Part shown: one piece after another, positions 38,966-49,369 of the stretch
Layout: the number at the start of each line of letters is the position of its first letter
Numbering within the stretch: the first letter of the stretch is position 1
From: Nitrospirota bacterium
GTDB taxonomy: Bacteria > Nitrospirota > UBA9217
Assembly (NCBI GenBank): GCA_963737155.1
Contig: CAVTRN010000002.1
Location: 1,760,001 to 1,824,000, forward strand
DNA: 64,000 nt
Direction: 5' to 3'
Program-made: the position numbers and the translations under genes
Notes under the pieces: model-generated
Told to the model about the DNA's origin: nothing
The model's database searches: none
Seen by the model: only the letters and a program-made list of their open reading frames with translations

Positions 38966-39940
38966 ATGTTCCAGCCTCTATACCGTCCGAGAAGATTGCG
39001 GGCGAACGAAAACTTGCGCCGCATGGTCCGGGAGACGAAACTTTCTCCCGATGATTTTATTTATCCACTCTTTGTTACCCATGGCAAAGGTGTAAAAAAA
39101 GAGATCGGATCCATGCCCGGGAACTACCAGCAATCCATCGACAACATCGTAAAGGACTGCGAAGAAGTGAAGAGTCTCGGCATTCCGGCGGTTCTTCTCT
39201 TCGGCATCCCCGAACATAAGGATGAAGTCGGCAGCGAAGCCTATTCGGACGAGGGGATTGTCCAGCATGCGATCAAGGCCATAAAGAATAATATTCCCGA
39301 CTTGGTCGTCATCACCGATGTGTGCCTGTGCGAATACACAAGCCACGGCCACTGTGGTGTAATCAAGAACGGCATCGTCCAGAATGACCCAACGCTCGAA
39401 CTGCTAGCCAAGGAAGCGGTTTCCCATGCGAAAGCCGGAGCGGACATGGTTGCGCCTTCAGACATGATGGACGGAAGAGTTGGAGCCATCCGCCATTCGC
39501 TTGACAGCGAGGGATTTACCGATACCCCGATCATGTCCTATGCGGCGAAGTACGCGTCGAGTTTTTACGGCCCGTTCCGCGAAGCGGCGGAATCGACGCC
39601 GCAGTTCGGCGACCGTAGATCTTACCAGATGGACGCACCAAACAGCCGCGAGGCACTACGCGAGGTTGCCCTGGACATCGATGAAGGAGCGGACATCGTG
39701 ATGGTGAAACCGGCGCTGTCCTATCTCGACATCATTTATCAGGTAAAACAGAATTACAACCTACCCGTGGCAGCCTACAACGTGAGCGGTGAGTTCTCCA
39801 TAATCAAGGCCGCCGCAAAACTCGGCTGGATCGACGGCGAACGCGCTATGATGGAATCGCTGGTATCAATCAAACGCGCCGGCGCGGACATCATCCTTAC
39901 CTATTTTGCCAAGGAAGCGGCAGCTATCCTGAATAAATAG
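38966..39940 (+). CDS. hemB: Porphobilinogen synthase
   Basis: [48 protein letters not shown]. Confidence 0.97.
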   Translation: MFQPLYRPRRLRANENLRRMVRETKLSPDDFIYPLFVTHGKGVKKEIGSMPGNYQQSIDNIVKDCEEVKSLGIPAVLLFGIPEHKDEVGSEAYSDEGIVQHAIKAIKNNIPDLVVITDVCLCEYTSHGHCGVIKNGIVQNDPTLELLAKEAVSHAKAGADMVAPSDMMDGRVGAIRHSLDSEGFTDTPIMSYAAKYASSFYGPFREAAESTPQFGDRRSYQMDAPNSREALREVALDIDEGADIVMVKPALSYLDIIYQVKQNYNLPVAAYNVSGEFSIIKAAAKLGWIDGERAMMESLVSIKRAGADIILTYFAKEAAAILNK

Positions 39941-40218
39941 CTGACGCTCTTGTGTCTTCTTCGAACCTTCGAGACCGCTATCACGGGCACGGATCTTGGC
40001 ATCCCATACATTTCAGCAAATTTCGACAGCCCGTTGCACTTTTAAAACCTGACTTCAATTGTTCTTTATCAACCTTATTCTTGAACTCTGGTCCGCGCAT
40101 TCCCCCTGCTAGGCGCGAAACGCCAGGAGGCAGGTCAAACGGACCGGTGTTGGTTTAAATTCCGTTTAGATTCCTGTGTTTGCAATATTGCGTTGTGTAG
40201 TTGGCTATAATATCTCGC

Positions 40219-41707
40219 ATGGCACCAGTTACAAGCGGAGTTAAATTCAGGGCGTATCCGACGGAGAAACAGCAAGAGAAACTGTCTCAGTTGTTCGGCT
40301 GCCAGCGCCTGATATACAACAGCAAAGTATCAGAATCGCAGTATTTCTACACCTTCAGGAAACACTCCCTTTCTTTAACCGGCATACAGCTGCCAAACGA
40401 TCAACAATACTCGCAGTTTAAGGATAAAGAGCTCACCCCGTTTTTGTACGAGCTGCCTCCACAAGTACTCCGTAATGGCGCCGTCCGATTCATGGGCGCT
40501 CAACAGCGGTTTTTCAAAGGGCTCGCCGAGCGTCCAACGTTCAAGAAGAAATCTGGTCGCCAAACCGTTTGGCTTACAAAAGAACTATTTCAGTTCGAGC
40601 CCACCGGCACGCAAAAGCGGCCACAAAACCAAACAGGGTAAAACAATCTACGAGCACAAGCTGATGATCGGCACAAAAACACACAACCTCGGAGAATTGC
40701 GTTTTAAGGCCCATACGGAATACGATTTACCGGCGACTATTACAATTGCGCGGGATGCCGGTAAGTGGTTTGTCTCCTTCTCCTATGCAGCGTCTGATGA
40801 CCTCAGTTTATCGGAATCCGATCTTATCGCCCGTTACTCAGCGATGAACGCCCAAAATCTCGATAAAATTACGATGGGCATAGACCGTGGTGTGGCTATC
40901 CCCGCTGCGACAAGTGACTGCATCAATCACGATTACTCCGACAACCAAAAGCGTAATCTCGATAAAAAAGAGACCCGCCGGAAACGATACCAGCGAATAA
41001 TGGCCCGCAGGCAAAAAGGATCCCGGCGCTGGAAGCGCGCAAATAGTAAGGTCTCAAGCTGCAATGCGCATGCAGCTAATGTGCGTTTAGACTTCGCCCA
41101 TAAAACCAGTAGAAAATTAGTTGATTCCTATGCAGAAGTCATTGTATTCGAGGACCTGAAAATAAAGAACATGACCAAGACATCGGGACCTAAGCCAGTA
41201 AATGTAAAGAATGGTACTGCCACCGGTAGCGTCGCATACCTTCCCAACGGAGCTGCCGCCAAGGCGGGACTCAACAAAGCGATCCTTGAGTCTGCCTGGG
41301 GCAATATAAAGCTGTTCACCTCCTACAAGGCGAGGAGAGCCAATAAACTCGTCATAGCCGTACCACCGCACGGTACGTCGCAGGAGTGTTCGAAGTGTTC
41401 GCACACTCACCCGGATAACCGCCAGTCTCAAGCGATATTCGAATGCCAACGCTGCGGATATACCGCAAACGCCGACTTCAATGCATCCGCCTCTGTCAAA
41501 AACAGAGGGGTCCGGATGCTGGTCGCCGAAGAGATTGCCGTAAAACAAACAACACGCTCCATGCGGTTAAAGAAAAAGCAGCAACTAGGGCCGGAACGGT
41601 CCGAAGTCACGCGCGGGAAGATGGAAATAAGACGATCTGAGGGCAACTGCCTCCAGATCGCATCCGTCGGGAACCGTGAAACCCCCACAACCATTCCTAC
41701 GGTTTAG
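40219..41707 (+). pseudogene. tnpB: TnpB (RNA-guided endonuclease, IS200/IS605 family) with a +1 frameshift near 40590-40640
   Basis: KFRAYPT..LFGCQRLIYN and PTFKKK in the first frame; MGIDRG, VFEDL, TSQECSKC, CQRC, NADFNAS in the second. Confidence 0.9.
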
Positions 41708-41722
41708 TGGCGGGAGAGTTCA
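41588..41722 (+). ncRNA. TnpB right-end RNA (reRNA/omegaRNA) scaffold ending at GTTCA
   Basis: Hairpins GGGCCG/CGGTCC, CGATCTG/CAGATCG, GATGGA/TCCGTC, terminal CCCCACAACC..GGTTTAGTGGCGGG, then AGAGTTCA; overlaps tnpB 3' end as is typical. Confidence 0.7.
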
Positions 41723-42140
41723 TATTCCACATACCGCATGATTTTCTTTTCATTTAATCCAACCGTATGAAAAAAACCGTGGGACCAGAATTCATTTCGC
41801 CAATACATTATCTTGATCCAGACAACTGCTCCGCAGTTGCCCTAACTTGCGATAATACATTGCTTTTTAAAGAATAAATCGACTTTCTATTGACGAATTT
41901 AGGTAAATCGGGATATCCGAATAAAAAGTTTCCTTTTTTCTACACCACCAATCTTTTCGCACAATTAGATACCTTAATATGCCAAAATATAGTACAAATT
42001 AACTCAAATTATAAACCGTTATCAAAGTTCAGCAATAAGCCCTCAATGGGTCATCCATTACCTTTTCGTCCTTTCGGTGCTATCTTGAATATAAGAGGGA
42101 TTTTTTTTATTTTCCCCACAGCCCGGAGGGATGAGCTGCC

Positions 42141-45100
42141 ATGACAAGATTGGTTAACCGGACAAATACCATCTGCAGTCTTGATTACTTAGTGGGCACG
42201 CTTGCCACGGCATATAAGGGAAACATTACATCGCTTGTTGCAAAGGATTTCTGTATAAATGACGAGGGGATGGAAACGACATTGCAGGGAACCGTCCTCG
42301 CGATACCTGAGGGTAATTATGAGGCATCACTGAACCAGAGTGGTGTTGAGTTGTCTCGCGTCGTCCTCAGGAACGGCTCGTTCGTCTTCAAAGCGGATAG
42401 CACAAGCATCGCGAGGGCTCGCGACCTCCAGATCGATATCGGGCAATCTGGTCGGCATATCGGGACATTCCTGCTGAAAAAGTCAAATGCCAACGGGCTG
42501 TATATTTCAGCGGTTGAGCTCTCGAAAGAACTCGCGGGAATCGACCTTACTCTGCTTACCTCGCCTTTGCGGGATAAGGCGGGCTTGCTGCGCAAAGCCG
42601 AAGATATTGTATCCCAGGCGCACTCCACCAAGAAGGATTGGCCCGCGTTCTCGGAAGCAGTGTACGGCTTTGCGCACGATTTTTTCTGGAGTTCAGCAGA
42701 GGCATTTTACAGAGCCTTCGACATTTTGGCCCGCTTTACGCTACTTGCCGCGGAACATGCCGCCATCGCCGATCAGAGCAAACCGCTATCCAACTATTTC
42801 GATCTCCTGGACCTGCTCATTGATCAGGAAACTGATCACATCCGTCTGCGCACACTGACCGAAATGTGGGCAACGTTGCTCTCTCGGTCTTCGATCGACC
42901 TTGCGCCTCAGGCGCGCCGCGCTGCCGCTTCCCTTGACCGGGTCTGGATAAAATTCCCTGACCTCAATCTCCGGGCACTAGTGCTGATGCTCGTTACCTC
43001 TATCCGAAAAGCCACCGATTCTATAATGTTCCTTCACAGCCGGGTTGTCGATCCGCTTTCTGAGCTGATTCCCGCAGAGGACGCCGAAATACTGGCCCGG
43101 TTCGGAGAGCCAGGACATCGGCGGATGACGCAGGCTCTTTTCGAGGTGGAGCTGCGGGTGGAAAAAGGCGATACTGGCGGTGCAGTGGCATTGATAAGAG
43201 GTCTTGATTTCGATGTTCTTGATGACCGGAAGGCTGTCGGGATCCTGTTCGATATTGCGGAAAAGGATCTCTCGACGGCAACTGCCAGTCTCCTAAATGA
43301 GGCCATAACCCTGTACCTGTCAAAAGCGTCGCACTTGTCCGGCCGGGCAGTGGAAGCTATCAGTGCGTCCCTGCCCCGGATACTTGAACACCTGATCAGT
43401 CTCGATATGGAGGAAATGTGCGAAGACCTGCTACGCAAGATCAACGAGACAAGTTCTGTGCTGCAGGATCGGATCTTACTGGCACCTGCTGTTGCCGGAT
43501 CGATTCTCAGTTCCGGCCGAAGCAGTCTGATAGCTCAGTACCAGGACAGTCTTCGATCGATACTGATACCCGCAGCCCGGGTTCGAGGCATATCCCCGGA
43601 TACGTGGGCTGAGCTTGTCAATCCCCTGCATCTGGAACAATTAACCCGGTTCATGGAATTGCTAAGAGTTGGAGGAGCAGTGCTTGAAAGCGTGATGGTT
43701 CAGGTTATGGCGAACCTTTCAGTGGGCGGAGTGTTGATCCCTGATGACCGGCTGTTTCAGCGCAGGGTTTCAGCCTATCTGAACTCGCCGGCAATGAAAG
43801 GAAGCTTTATACTGAACTTCCTGTTGCTTTCGATGTTCCCCGTTTATTTTAACGATGTGGGTGCGGTAAGCAGAATCAGGGACTATTCCACGGAGCTCGA
43901 CGCTTGGGGCAACGACGTGGTTATATATTTTCTCCGGAAACAGGTACATGTGAACGCGAGCAACAACAACATCCATCTAATCGAGAGTGTTTTGAAGGCC
44001 TGGGCTTTGAACGATCCACGATTACTGAACAACGTAGTGGCGTTCGATATAGCAACCAACGCTGATCTCCGGCTCATGGCACGGTATTCTGCGGTTCTTA
44101 ATCCCTTTTTCAGGGACGTGGGAGTACTGGATGAAAAGGGGCTGCATCTTGAACGGGTGCTGCAGCTTGACGACCATGCGATAGACAAGCGTCTTAGCGT
44201 TGCTGAGAGGGAGGACGTCGAGGAGATAACAAAGGTAAAGCTCCTGTGTAAACTGTACAAGGAGGTTTCGAGAAAATATTCCCTCGTTAACAGGGATATC
44301 GAGATCCACGATGTCCATGCGAGACTTCTCGATATCGTTGCCCGGCTTAAGGTACTTAAAGGCATCATCCTATCTCAGGAACGGACGGAAGCGCATGAAT
44401 CCCTGTATTTCAAAAGACATATAGCCTTCGGAATTCCGTCGGTACTCGGCACGTATCATGAAACTAAGTTCGACGCTCTCAGTGAGCTGATGCGGCACGG
44501 GGAGGAAATCCCGGTCCTTATGGAGATGATCATTGCCGATCTTGAAAGCAAAGGATCATCAGCAACCGATAATGATAAGCGGAAGTGGCTCATTTCTCTC
44601 AGTACGGCATGGCAGGCCCTCAAGCAGTACGGCATGCAGAATGTGCGGATTGACGAGTTCATCATGGTTCTCGAACAGGACCGGCTGTATCCACCTCAGA
44701 TCATCGACGTGCTGAAAATGTGGCAGAAGGAGCTTGCCTGGCTCGTGTACTCGATCAGCAGGACCTTACATCGGCCGCTTGAGGAGATTCTGAAGAGGTT
44801 TCCAGAGGAAGATCTGCCCGAGCACCTCCTGGTTTTGAATACCTCTTTGCCTAATTTTATGGGAAAGGCTGTGGACGCGGTCTTGCGGGACATCCTGAGC
44901 AGTATTCCTGGTCTGGTCGAGTCCGACCGGATGCTCGATAAGCTTATCACGGTCTTGCGTTCACATGCGGATCGAAGGGATGTTAGAGATGAAGGGAGGG
45001 GCAAGTTATCGAAGAATCGAGAATTCTACGATATCTATGCCATTCCAGCGCAGGAGGCACTGAGGCTAGGACCTATTCTCGGAAATAAGGCTAAAAATCT

Positions 45101-46529
45101 TATATTTGCGAAGCAAAAAGGACTAAACGTCCCTCCGGGTGTTGTTCTGCCTGCCGGCCAGGCTGTAGTTCCGGCCAGTGACAGGGACGAACCCGGCTAT
45201 CTTGATTTTCTCCACAAGGCGATTGGAGCTATTGAGACGAAAACGGGGAGAACATTCGGCGGAACGAGGCACCCGCTATTTCTTTCAGTGCGTAGCGGCT
45301 CCTATCCTTCCATGCCAGGCATTCTCAATTCCATTCTATATTGCGGAATGAACGAACAAACGGTAGATGCATTTATCAGCGATACCGGTAATACCGAACT
45401 GGGGTTGGACTCCTACCGAAGGTTCATTGAACATTACGGGACTTCCGTTTTGGGTCTGACTATCGATTTTTTTGAGAATATTTCAAAGGAATATAGAGGC
45501 GCCCATTCCCTCGATCCAGGCGTACCCCAGGAAGCGGTGGATCTAAAATCGATCGTTGGCCTGTATCAGGATCGGCTTCACGAAAAAGGCTTTCAGGTCC
45601 CTTCAGACGTTTACGAACAGCTTCGATGCTGCATAGGCGCAGTGTACAGTTCATGGGAGAGCGAGCGCGCCCTTCAGTTCCGCTCCGCGACTGGAATATC
45701 AGAAGTCTGGGGTACGTCAGTCACGCTCATGGAGATGATTATGGGAAACCAGCAAGGATGCGGTACTTCGATCTTTTTCACGCGGGATCCTGCCACGGGA
45801 GAAAATACCGTGTACGGTGAAACACGAGAAAATTCCAGCGGTGATGACCTGACTTCAGGAAGGACTTCGGGCCGCCCCCTCTCGCGAGGGCAAGGAGCAA
45901 CATTGCGGAAAAGCCTTGAAGAGACTGATCCGGAGCTTTACCGTCTTCATCAAGAAATCGCGATTACAATCGAGGGTGCTTTCGGCAATCTTCCTCAGGA
46001 AGTTGAGGTGACCTACACCCGGGGCAGGAATGGGGCGCCCTGTCTGTTTGTACTCCAGACGAGACGCATGGAGGAGTATGGAGGGATCGCCAGGATATTC
46101 GACGATATATGTAGGATGGAGACCCGGGTGATCGGAAGGGGAATTGGCGCCAACGGAGGAGCGCTGAGCGGCGTTGTGTCGTTCGAGGACACACCAGAAC
46201 GGATTGAAGGCCTAGGCAGAAAAAGCGGCATGCCGGTGATCCTCATACGAAATACAGCTAACACAGCCGATGTTTCGCTTATGCCCTTTATCAAGGGAAT
46301 TATCACGGCCTCAGGCGGGGTCACCTCGCATGCCGCGGTTCTTGCCCATACCTTTGGTCTGTCAGCAGTAGTAGCCTGCGCCGACCTGAAAGTATATACT
46401 GAAAAGCAAGGACGCACCTCAGCTTTTATCGGAGCTACACAAGTCCAAGAGGGAACAATTCTCAGCATTGACGGCAGGACAGGGCTTGTGTTTTCAGGAC
46501 TCTGCGCTTCGGAACAGGAGAGGACTTAA
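42141..46529 (+). CDS. Large PPDK-like dikinase: about 980-aa unknown N-terminal region, ATP-grasp domain, phospho-His swivel domain
   Basis: LGNKAKNL, LSVRSGS..SMPGILNSIL, DSYRRFI, QEVE, LQTR, GGVTSHAAV, LSIDGRTG; ends without the PEP/pyruvate TIM barrel; GGAGG SD. Confidence 0.85.
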   Translation: MTRLVNRTNTICSLDYLVGTLATAYKGNITSLVAKDFCINDEGMETTLQGTVLAIPEGNYEASLNQSGVELSRVVLRNGSFVFKADSTSIARARDLQIDIGQSGRHIGTFLLKKSNANGLYISAVELSKELAGIDLTLLTSPLRDKAGLLRKAEDIVSQAHSTKKDWPAFSEAVYGFAHDFFWSSAEAFYRAFDILARFTLLAAEHAAIADQSKPLSNYFDLLDLLIDQETDHIRLRTLTEMWATLLSRSSIDLAPQARRAAASLDRVWIKFPDLNLRALVLMLVTSIRKATDSIMFLHSRVVDPLSELIPAEDAEILARFGEPGHRRMTQALFEVELRVEKGDTGGAVALIRGLDFDVLDDRKAVGILFDIAEKDLSTATASLLNEAITLYLSKASHLSGRAVEAISASLPRILEHLISLDMEEMCEDLLRKINETSSVLQDRILLAPAVAGSILSSGRSSLIAQYQDSLRSILIPAARVRGISPDTWAELVNPLHLEQLTRFMELLRVGGAVLESVMVQVMANLSVGGVLIPDDRLFQRRVSAYLNSPAMKGSFILNFLLLSMFPVYFNDVGAVSRIRDYSTELDAWGNDVVIYFLRKQVHVNASNNNIHLIESVLKAWALNDPRLLNNVVAFDIATNADLRLMARYSAVLNPFFRDVGVLDEKGLHLERVLQLDDHAIDKRLSVAEREDVEEITKVKLLCKLYKEVSRKYSLVNRDIEIHDVHARLLDIVARLKVLKGIILSQERTEAHESLYFKRHIAFGIPSVLGTYHETKFDALSELMRHGEEIPVLMEMIIADLESKGSSATDNDKRKWLISLSTAWQALKQYGMQNVRIDEFIMVLEQDRLYPPQIIDVLKMWQKELAWLVYSISRTLHRPLEEILKRFPEEDLPEHLLVLNTSLPNFMGKAVDAVLRDILSSIPGLVESDRMLDKLITVLRSHADRRDVRDEGRGKLSKNREFYDIYAIPAQEALRLGPILGNKAKNLIFAKQKGLNVPPGVVLPAGQAVVPASDRDEPGYLDFLHKAIGAIETKTGRTFGGTRHPLFLSVRSGSYPSMPGILNSILYCGMNEQTVDAFISDTGNTELGLDSYRRFIEHYGTSVLGLTIDFFENISKEYRGAHSLDPGVPQEAVDLKSIVGLYQDRLHEKGFQVPSDVYEQLRCCIGAVYSSWESERALQFRSATGISEVWGTSVTLMEMIMGNQQGCGTSIFFTRDPATGENTVYGETRENSSGDDLTSGRTSGRPLSRGQGATLRKSLEETDPELYRLHQEIAITIEGAFGNLPQEVEVTYTRGRNGAPCLFVLQTRRMEEYGGIARIFDDICRMETRVIGRGIGANGGALSGVVSFEDTPERIEGLGRKSGMPVILIRNTANTADVSLMPFIKGIITASGGVTSHAAVLAHTFGLSAVVACADLKVYTEKQGRTSAFIGATQVQEGTILSIDGRTGLVFSGLCASEQERT

Positions 46530-46738
46530 ATGTCGTGACGCAACCCGTCAGTTATGCAGGTGATCATCCCGAATCAAGAGCGATACTGTTCAGCCGCAGT
46601 CGAGAGAGTTTGTTAGTTTATCGCCAAACGGGAATCTATCTTGATATACTTTTATTAAAAGGTCATCTCTGGTTTTCCCTTGTTGATTCGACAAAGGATG
46701 TACCCTGAGGCGCCTCTACCCAAGAAAGGAGGCACTTC

Positions 46739-47749
46739 ATGAAAGCTATCGCCATCAATGGTCTAGGCCGCATCGGAAGGCTGCTCTTGCGCCTGTACAT
46801 CGAAAATCCTCCTGAACAGGTGGTTTTGGTGGCGGCAAACAGCCCAGCGCCGATTGAAGATCTTGCCTACCTCATCAAATACGACTCCGTTCACGGACGA
46901 GCTCCCTTTGAAATCAGGAGTGGGCCCGGATATTTGGAATTGGGTATCCGCCGCATGAGAATAGCGGTTTCCCATGAAAAAGACCCGGAAAAGATTCCCT
47001 GGCGCAACCAGGGTGTTGACATCGTTCTTGAGTGCACCGGCATGTTCCGCAAACGGGAGGATGCGGCAAAACATTTGACTGCAGGCGCATCAAAGGTCAT
47101 CATCAGCGCTGATGCGAAAAGCGATGACCTGACCGTGGTTATGGGGGTGAATGAGAAGTCTTATGACCCGGCTCTGCATCATGTGATTTCCAATGCATCG
47201 TGCACTACGAACTGCCTAGCGCCCACGGCCAAGGTGCTGAACGACTCTTTCGGGATTGAATATCTCATGGCCACGACCGTCCATGCCTATACGTCCAGCC
47301 AGGCACTCATTGATCGTTCATCTTCCGGACATCGGCGGAGAGGGCGGGCAGCGGCCGTATCGCTCGTCCCCTCCAGCACAGGGGCGGCCAGGGCAACTGA
47401 GCGTGTGCTCCCCGAATTAAAAGGAAAAATGAACGCCATGGCGGTCCGCGTGCCTGTCGCAAATGGGTCACTCACGGACATCACGGCGCACTTGACTAAA
47501 GATGCGTCCATTGAAAGCGTGAACGCGGCGTTCAGGGCTGCTGCCGAGAAGACGATGCAGGGGATTTTGGGTTACAGCGAGGACGAACTGGTTTCCGCTG
47601 ACATCGTAGGGGACGAACACTCGGCAATTATTGATGGTGCTTCGACCCTGGTTCTCATGAACAGGGTGGTAAAGGTGCTGGCTTGGTACGATAACGAATA
47701 CGGCTATGCGCGCCGCCTACTTGATTTGGCCGGGTACATTGCACGGTAG
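46739..47749 (+). CDS. gap: Type I glyceraldehyde-3-phosphate dehydrogenase
   Basis: INGLGRIGR, YDSVHG, SNASCTTNCL, TVHAYT, STGAA, AWYDNE; AAGGAGG SD. Confidence 0.93.
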   Translation: MKAIAINGLGRIGRLLLRLYIENPPEQVVLVAANSPAPIEDLAYLIKYDSVHGRAPFEIRSGPGYLELGIRRMRIAVSHEKDPEKIPWRNQGVDIVLECTGMFRKREDAAKHLTAGASKVIISADAKSDDLTVVMGVNEKSYDPALHHVISNASCTTNCLAPTAKVLNDSFGIEYLMATTVHAYTSSQALIDRSSSGHRRRGRAAAVSLVPSSTGAARATERVLPELKGKMNAMAVRVPVANGSLTDITAHLTKDASIESVNAAFRAAAEKTMQGILGYSEDELVSADIVGDEHSAIIDGASTLVLMNRVVKVLAWYDNEYGYARRLLDLAGYIAR

Positions 47750-47846
47750 GGAGGGGAAGCGATGAATCCCTAGGCGCGGACAGATCATATCTACGTCCTC
47801 TTATGTGGTTAATCCGCGGTTCCAGCTGCCATTGACGTCGATTTCT

Positions 47847-47876
47847 TTGACAGCGAGCCCTGAGGAGTGGTATTGT
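47847..47876 (+). promoter_or_regulatory. Sigma70-type promoter for the DEAD-box helicase gene
   Basis: TTGACA-N18-TATTGT with TG extension. Confidence 0.5.
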
Positions 47877-47950
47877 ATCGACGATTTAAAGACGGCGACC
47901 GCTTCCAGTCACCGTTTATTCAAGCAAAATCAGAGAGAAAGAAGGTACTA

Positions 47951-49309
47951 GTGAATTTCGGCTCGTTCAAATTCCATCATCAGATAGCGGCCGGCATCAA
48001 AGCGCTCGGCTATCATACACCAACACCCATCCAGCTCCAAGCCATCCCGCCGGTTCTTGAAGGCCATGATGTTATGGGCCTTGCGCAGACCGGGACCGGC
48101 AAAACAGCCGCTTTCGTGCTCCCCATACTCGAACGACTGCTCCCGGGACCGCGTGGAAAGGTCCGGGCGCTCATCATCGCCCCTACGCGCGAACTGGCCG
48201 AGCAGATCCATGTGGCCATTGCCGAGCTCGGCAATGGCACACACATCAGGAGCTGTACCATTTACGGCGGCGTGGGTTTGAACCCGCAGATTCAAAAACT
48301 TCGCGCCGGTATCGATATTGTTGTGGCATGCCCGGGTCGTCTGCTCGATCACATCAATCAAAAGACGATTGATCTTTCCTCCCTGGAAGTCTTGGTCCTC
48401 GATGAAGCGGACCGCATGTTCGATATGGGTTTTCTTCCCGATGTTCGTAGGATTATCAAGTACCTTCCCGCAAAGCGTCAGAATCTCATGTTCTCGGCAA
48501 CCATGGCTGACGACATCAGAAAACTGGCTCATGAAGTTCTGCATAAACCGGTTACCGTGCAGGTTGGCCATACAGCACCCGCGAATACCGTGTCCCATGC
48601 GCTCTACCCGGTTGAACAGCACCTGAAAACTGGTCTTCTCATGGAGATATTGAAACATACAGACACTGAATCAATCCTCATTTTCACACGGACGAAACAT
48701 CGGGCTAAACGCATCGGACAACAGCTTGAAAAAGCCGGGTATAAAGCTGCTTCGCTCCAAGGTAATCTATCGCAGAACAAGCGTCAGGAAGCTCTTGACG
48801 GTTTCCGCAATGGCAGGTACCAGATACTCGTGGCAACGGACATCGCGGCGCGGGGTATTGACGTCTCTTCTATATCACACGTCATCAACTATGACATCCC
48901 CGATACAACCGATGCCTACACGCACCGCATCGGACGGACAGGCAGGGCGGCAAAAACCGGAGACGCCTTCACCTTCGTTACCAAAGAAGACGAACCGCTG
49001 GTCAGAAGCATTGAGCATATTCTAGAGGAAAAAATTGAGCGAAGGACCCTCAAAGATTTTGATTATCGGAAACCGGCACCTCTACGGGACACTGAGTTTG
49101 TCCGTCCACCGCGAGAACCTCAGCAACGCCGGATCCACCCCAAAGGGAAAAACACAGGAAGCGCTTCAACGACAGGCTCACGGTCATCAGCACCAACTAC
49201 GGCCTCGAAACAGCATAAAGCAGCTCCTCGGAGTCCTTCTGCGCCTCATCATTCCCCGGGCACATGGACGTTCAAACCGCGGAGGCACAAGCCGAGCTCC
49301 AGCTCATAG
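47951..49309 (+). CDS. rhlE: DEAD-box RNA helicase (RhlE-like)
   Basis: PTPIQ, AQTGTGKT, PTRELA, DEAD, SAT, ARGID, HRIGRTGR; basic disordered tail; GTG start. Confidence 0.9.
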   Translation: MNFGSFKFHHQIAAGIKALGYHTPTPIQLQAIPPVLEGHDVMGLAQTGTGKTAAFVLPILERLLPGPRGKVRALIIAPTRELAEQIHVAIAELGNGTHIRSCTIYGGVGLNPQIQKLRAGIDIVVACPGRLLDHINQKTIDLSSLEVLVLDEADRMFDMGFLPDVRRIIKYLPAKRQNLMFSATMADDIRKLAHEVLHKPVTVQVGHTAPANTVSHALYPVEQHLKTGLLMEILKHTDTESILIFTRTKHRAKRIGQQLEKAGYKAASLQGNLSQNKRQEALDGFRNGRYQILVATDIAARGIDVSSISHVINYDIPDTTDAYTHRIGRTGRAAKTGDAFTFVTKEDEPLVRSIEHILEEKIERRTLKDFDYRKPAPLRDTEFVRPPREPQQRRIHPKGKNTGSASTTGSRSSAPTTASKQHKAAPRSPSAPHHSPGTWTFKPRRHKPSSSS

Positions 49310-49369
49310 AAGCTAAAGCATCAGCGGTATTTGAATTTGCTCAATGGTATCCGACAGGGGGCTTGTTTT

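Larger units (their letters stand above)
40081..41722 (+). mobile_element. TnpB-only (IS1341-type) element; left boundary uncertain
   Basis: tnpB with right-end structure, no adjacent tnpA; inserted after hemB. Confidence 0.65.
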
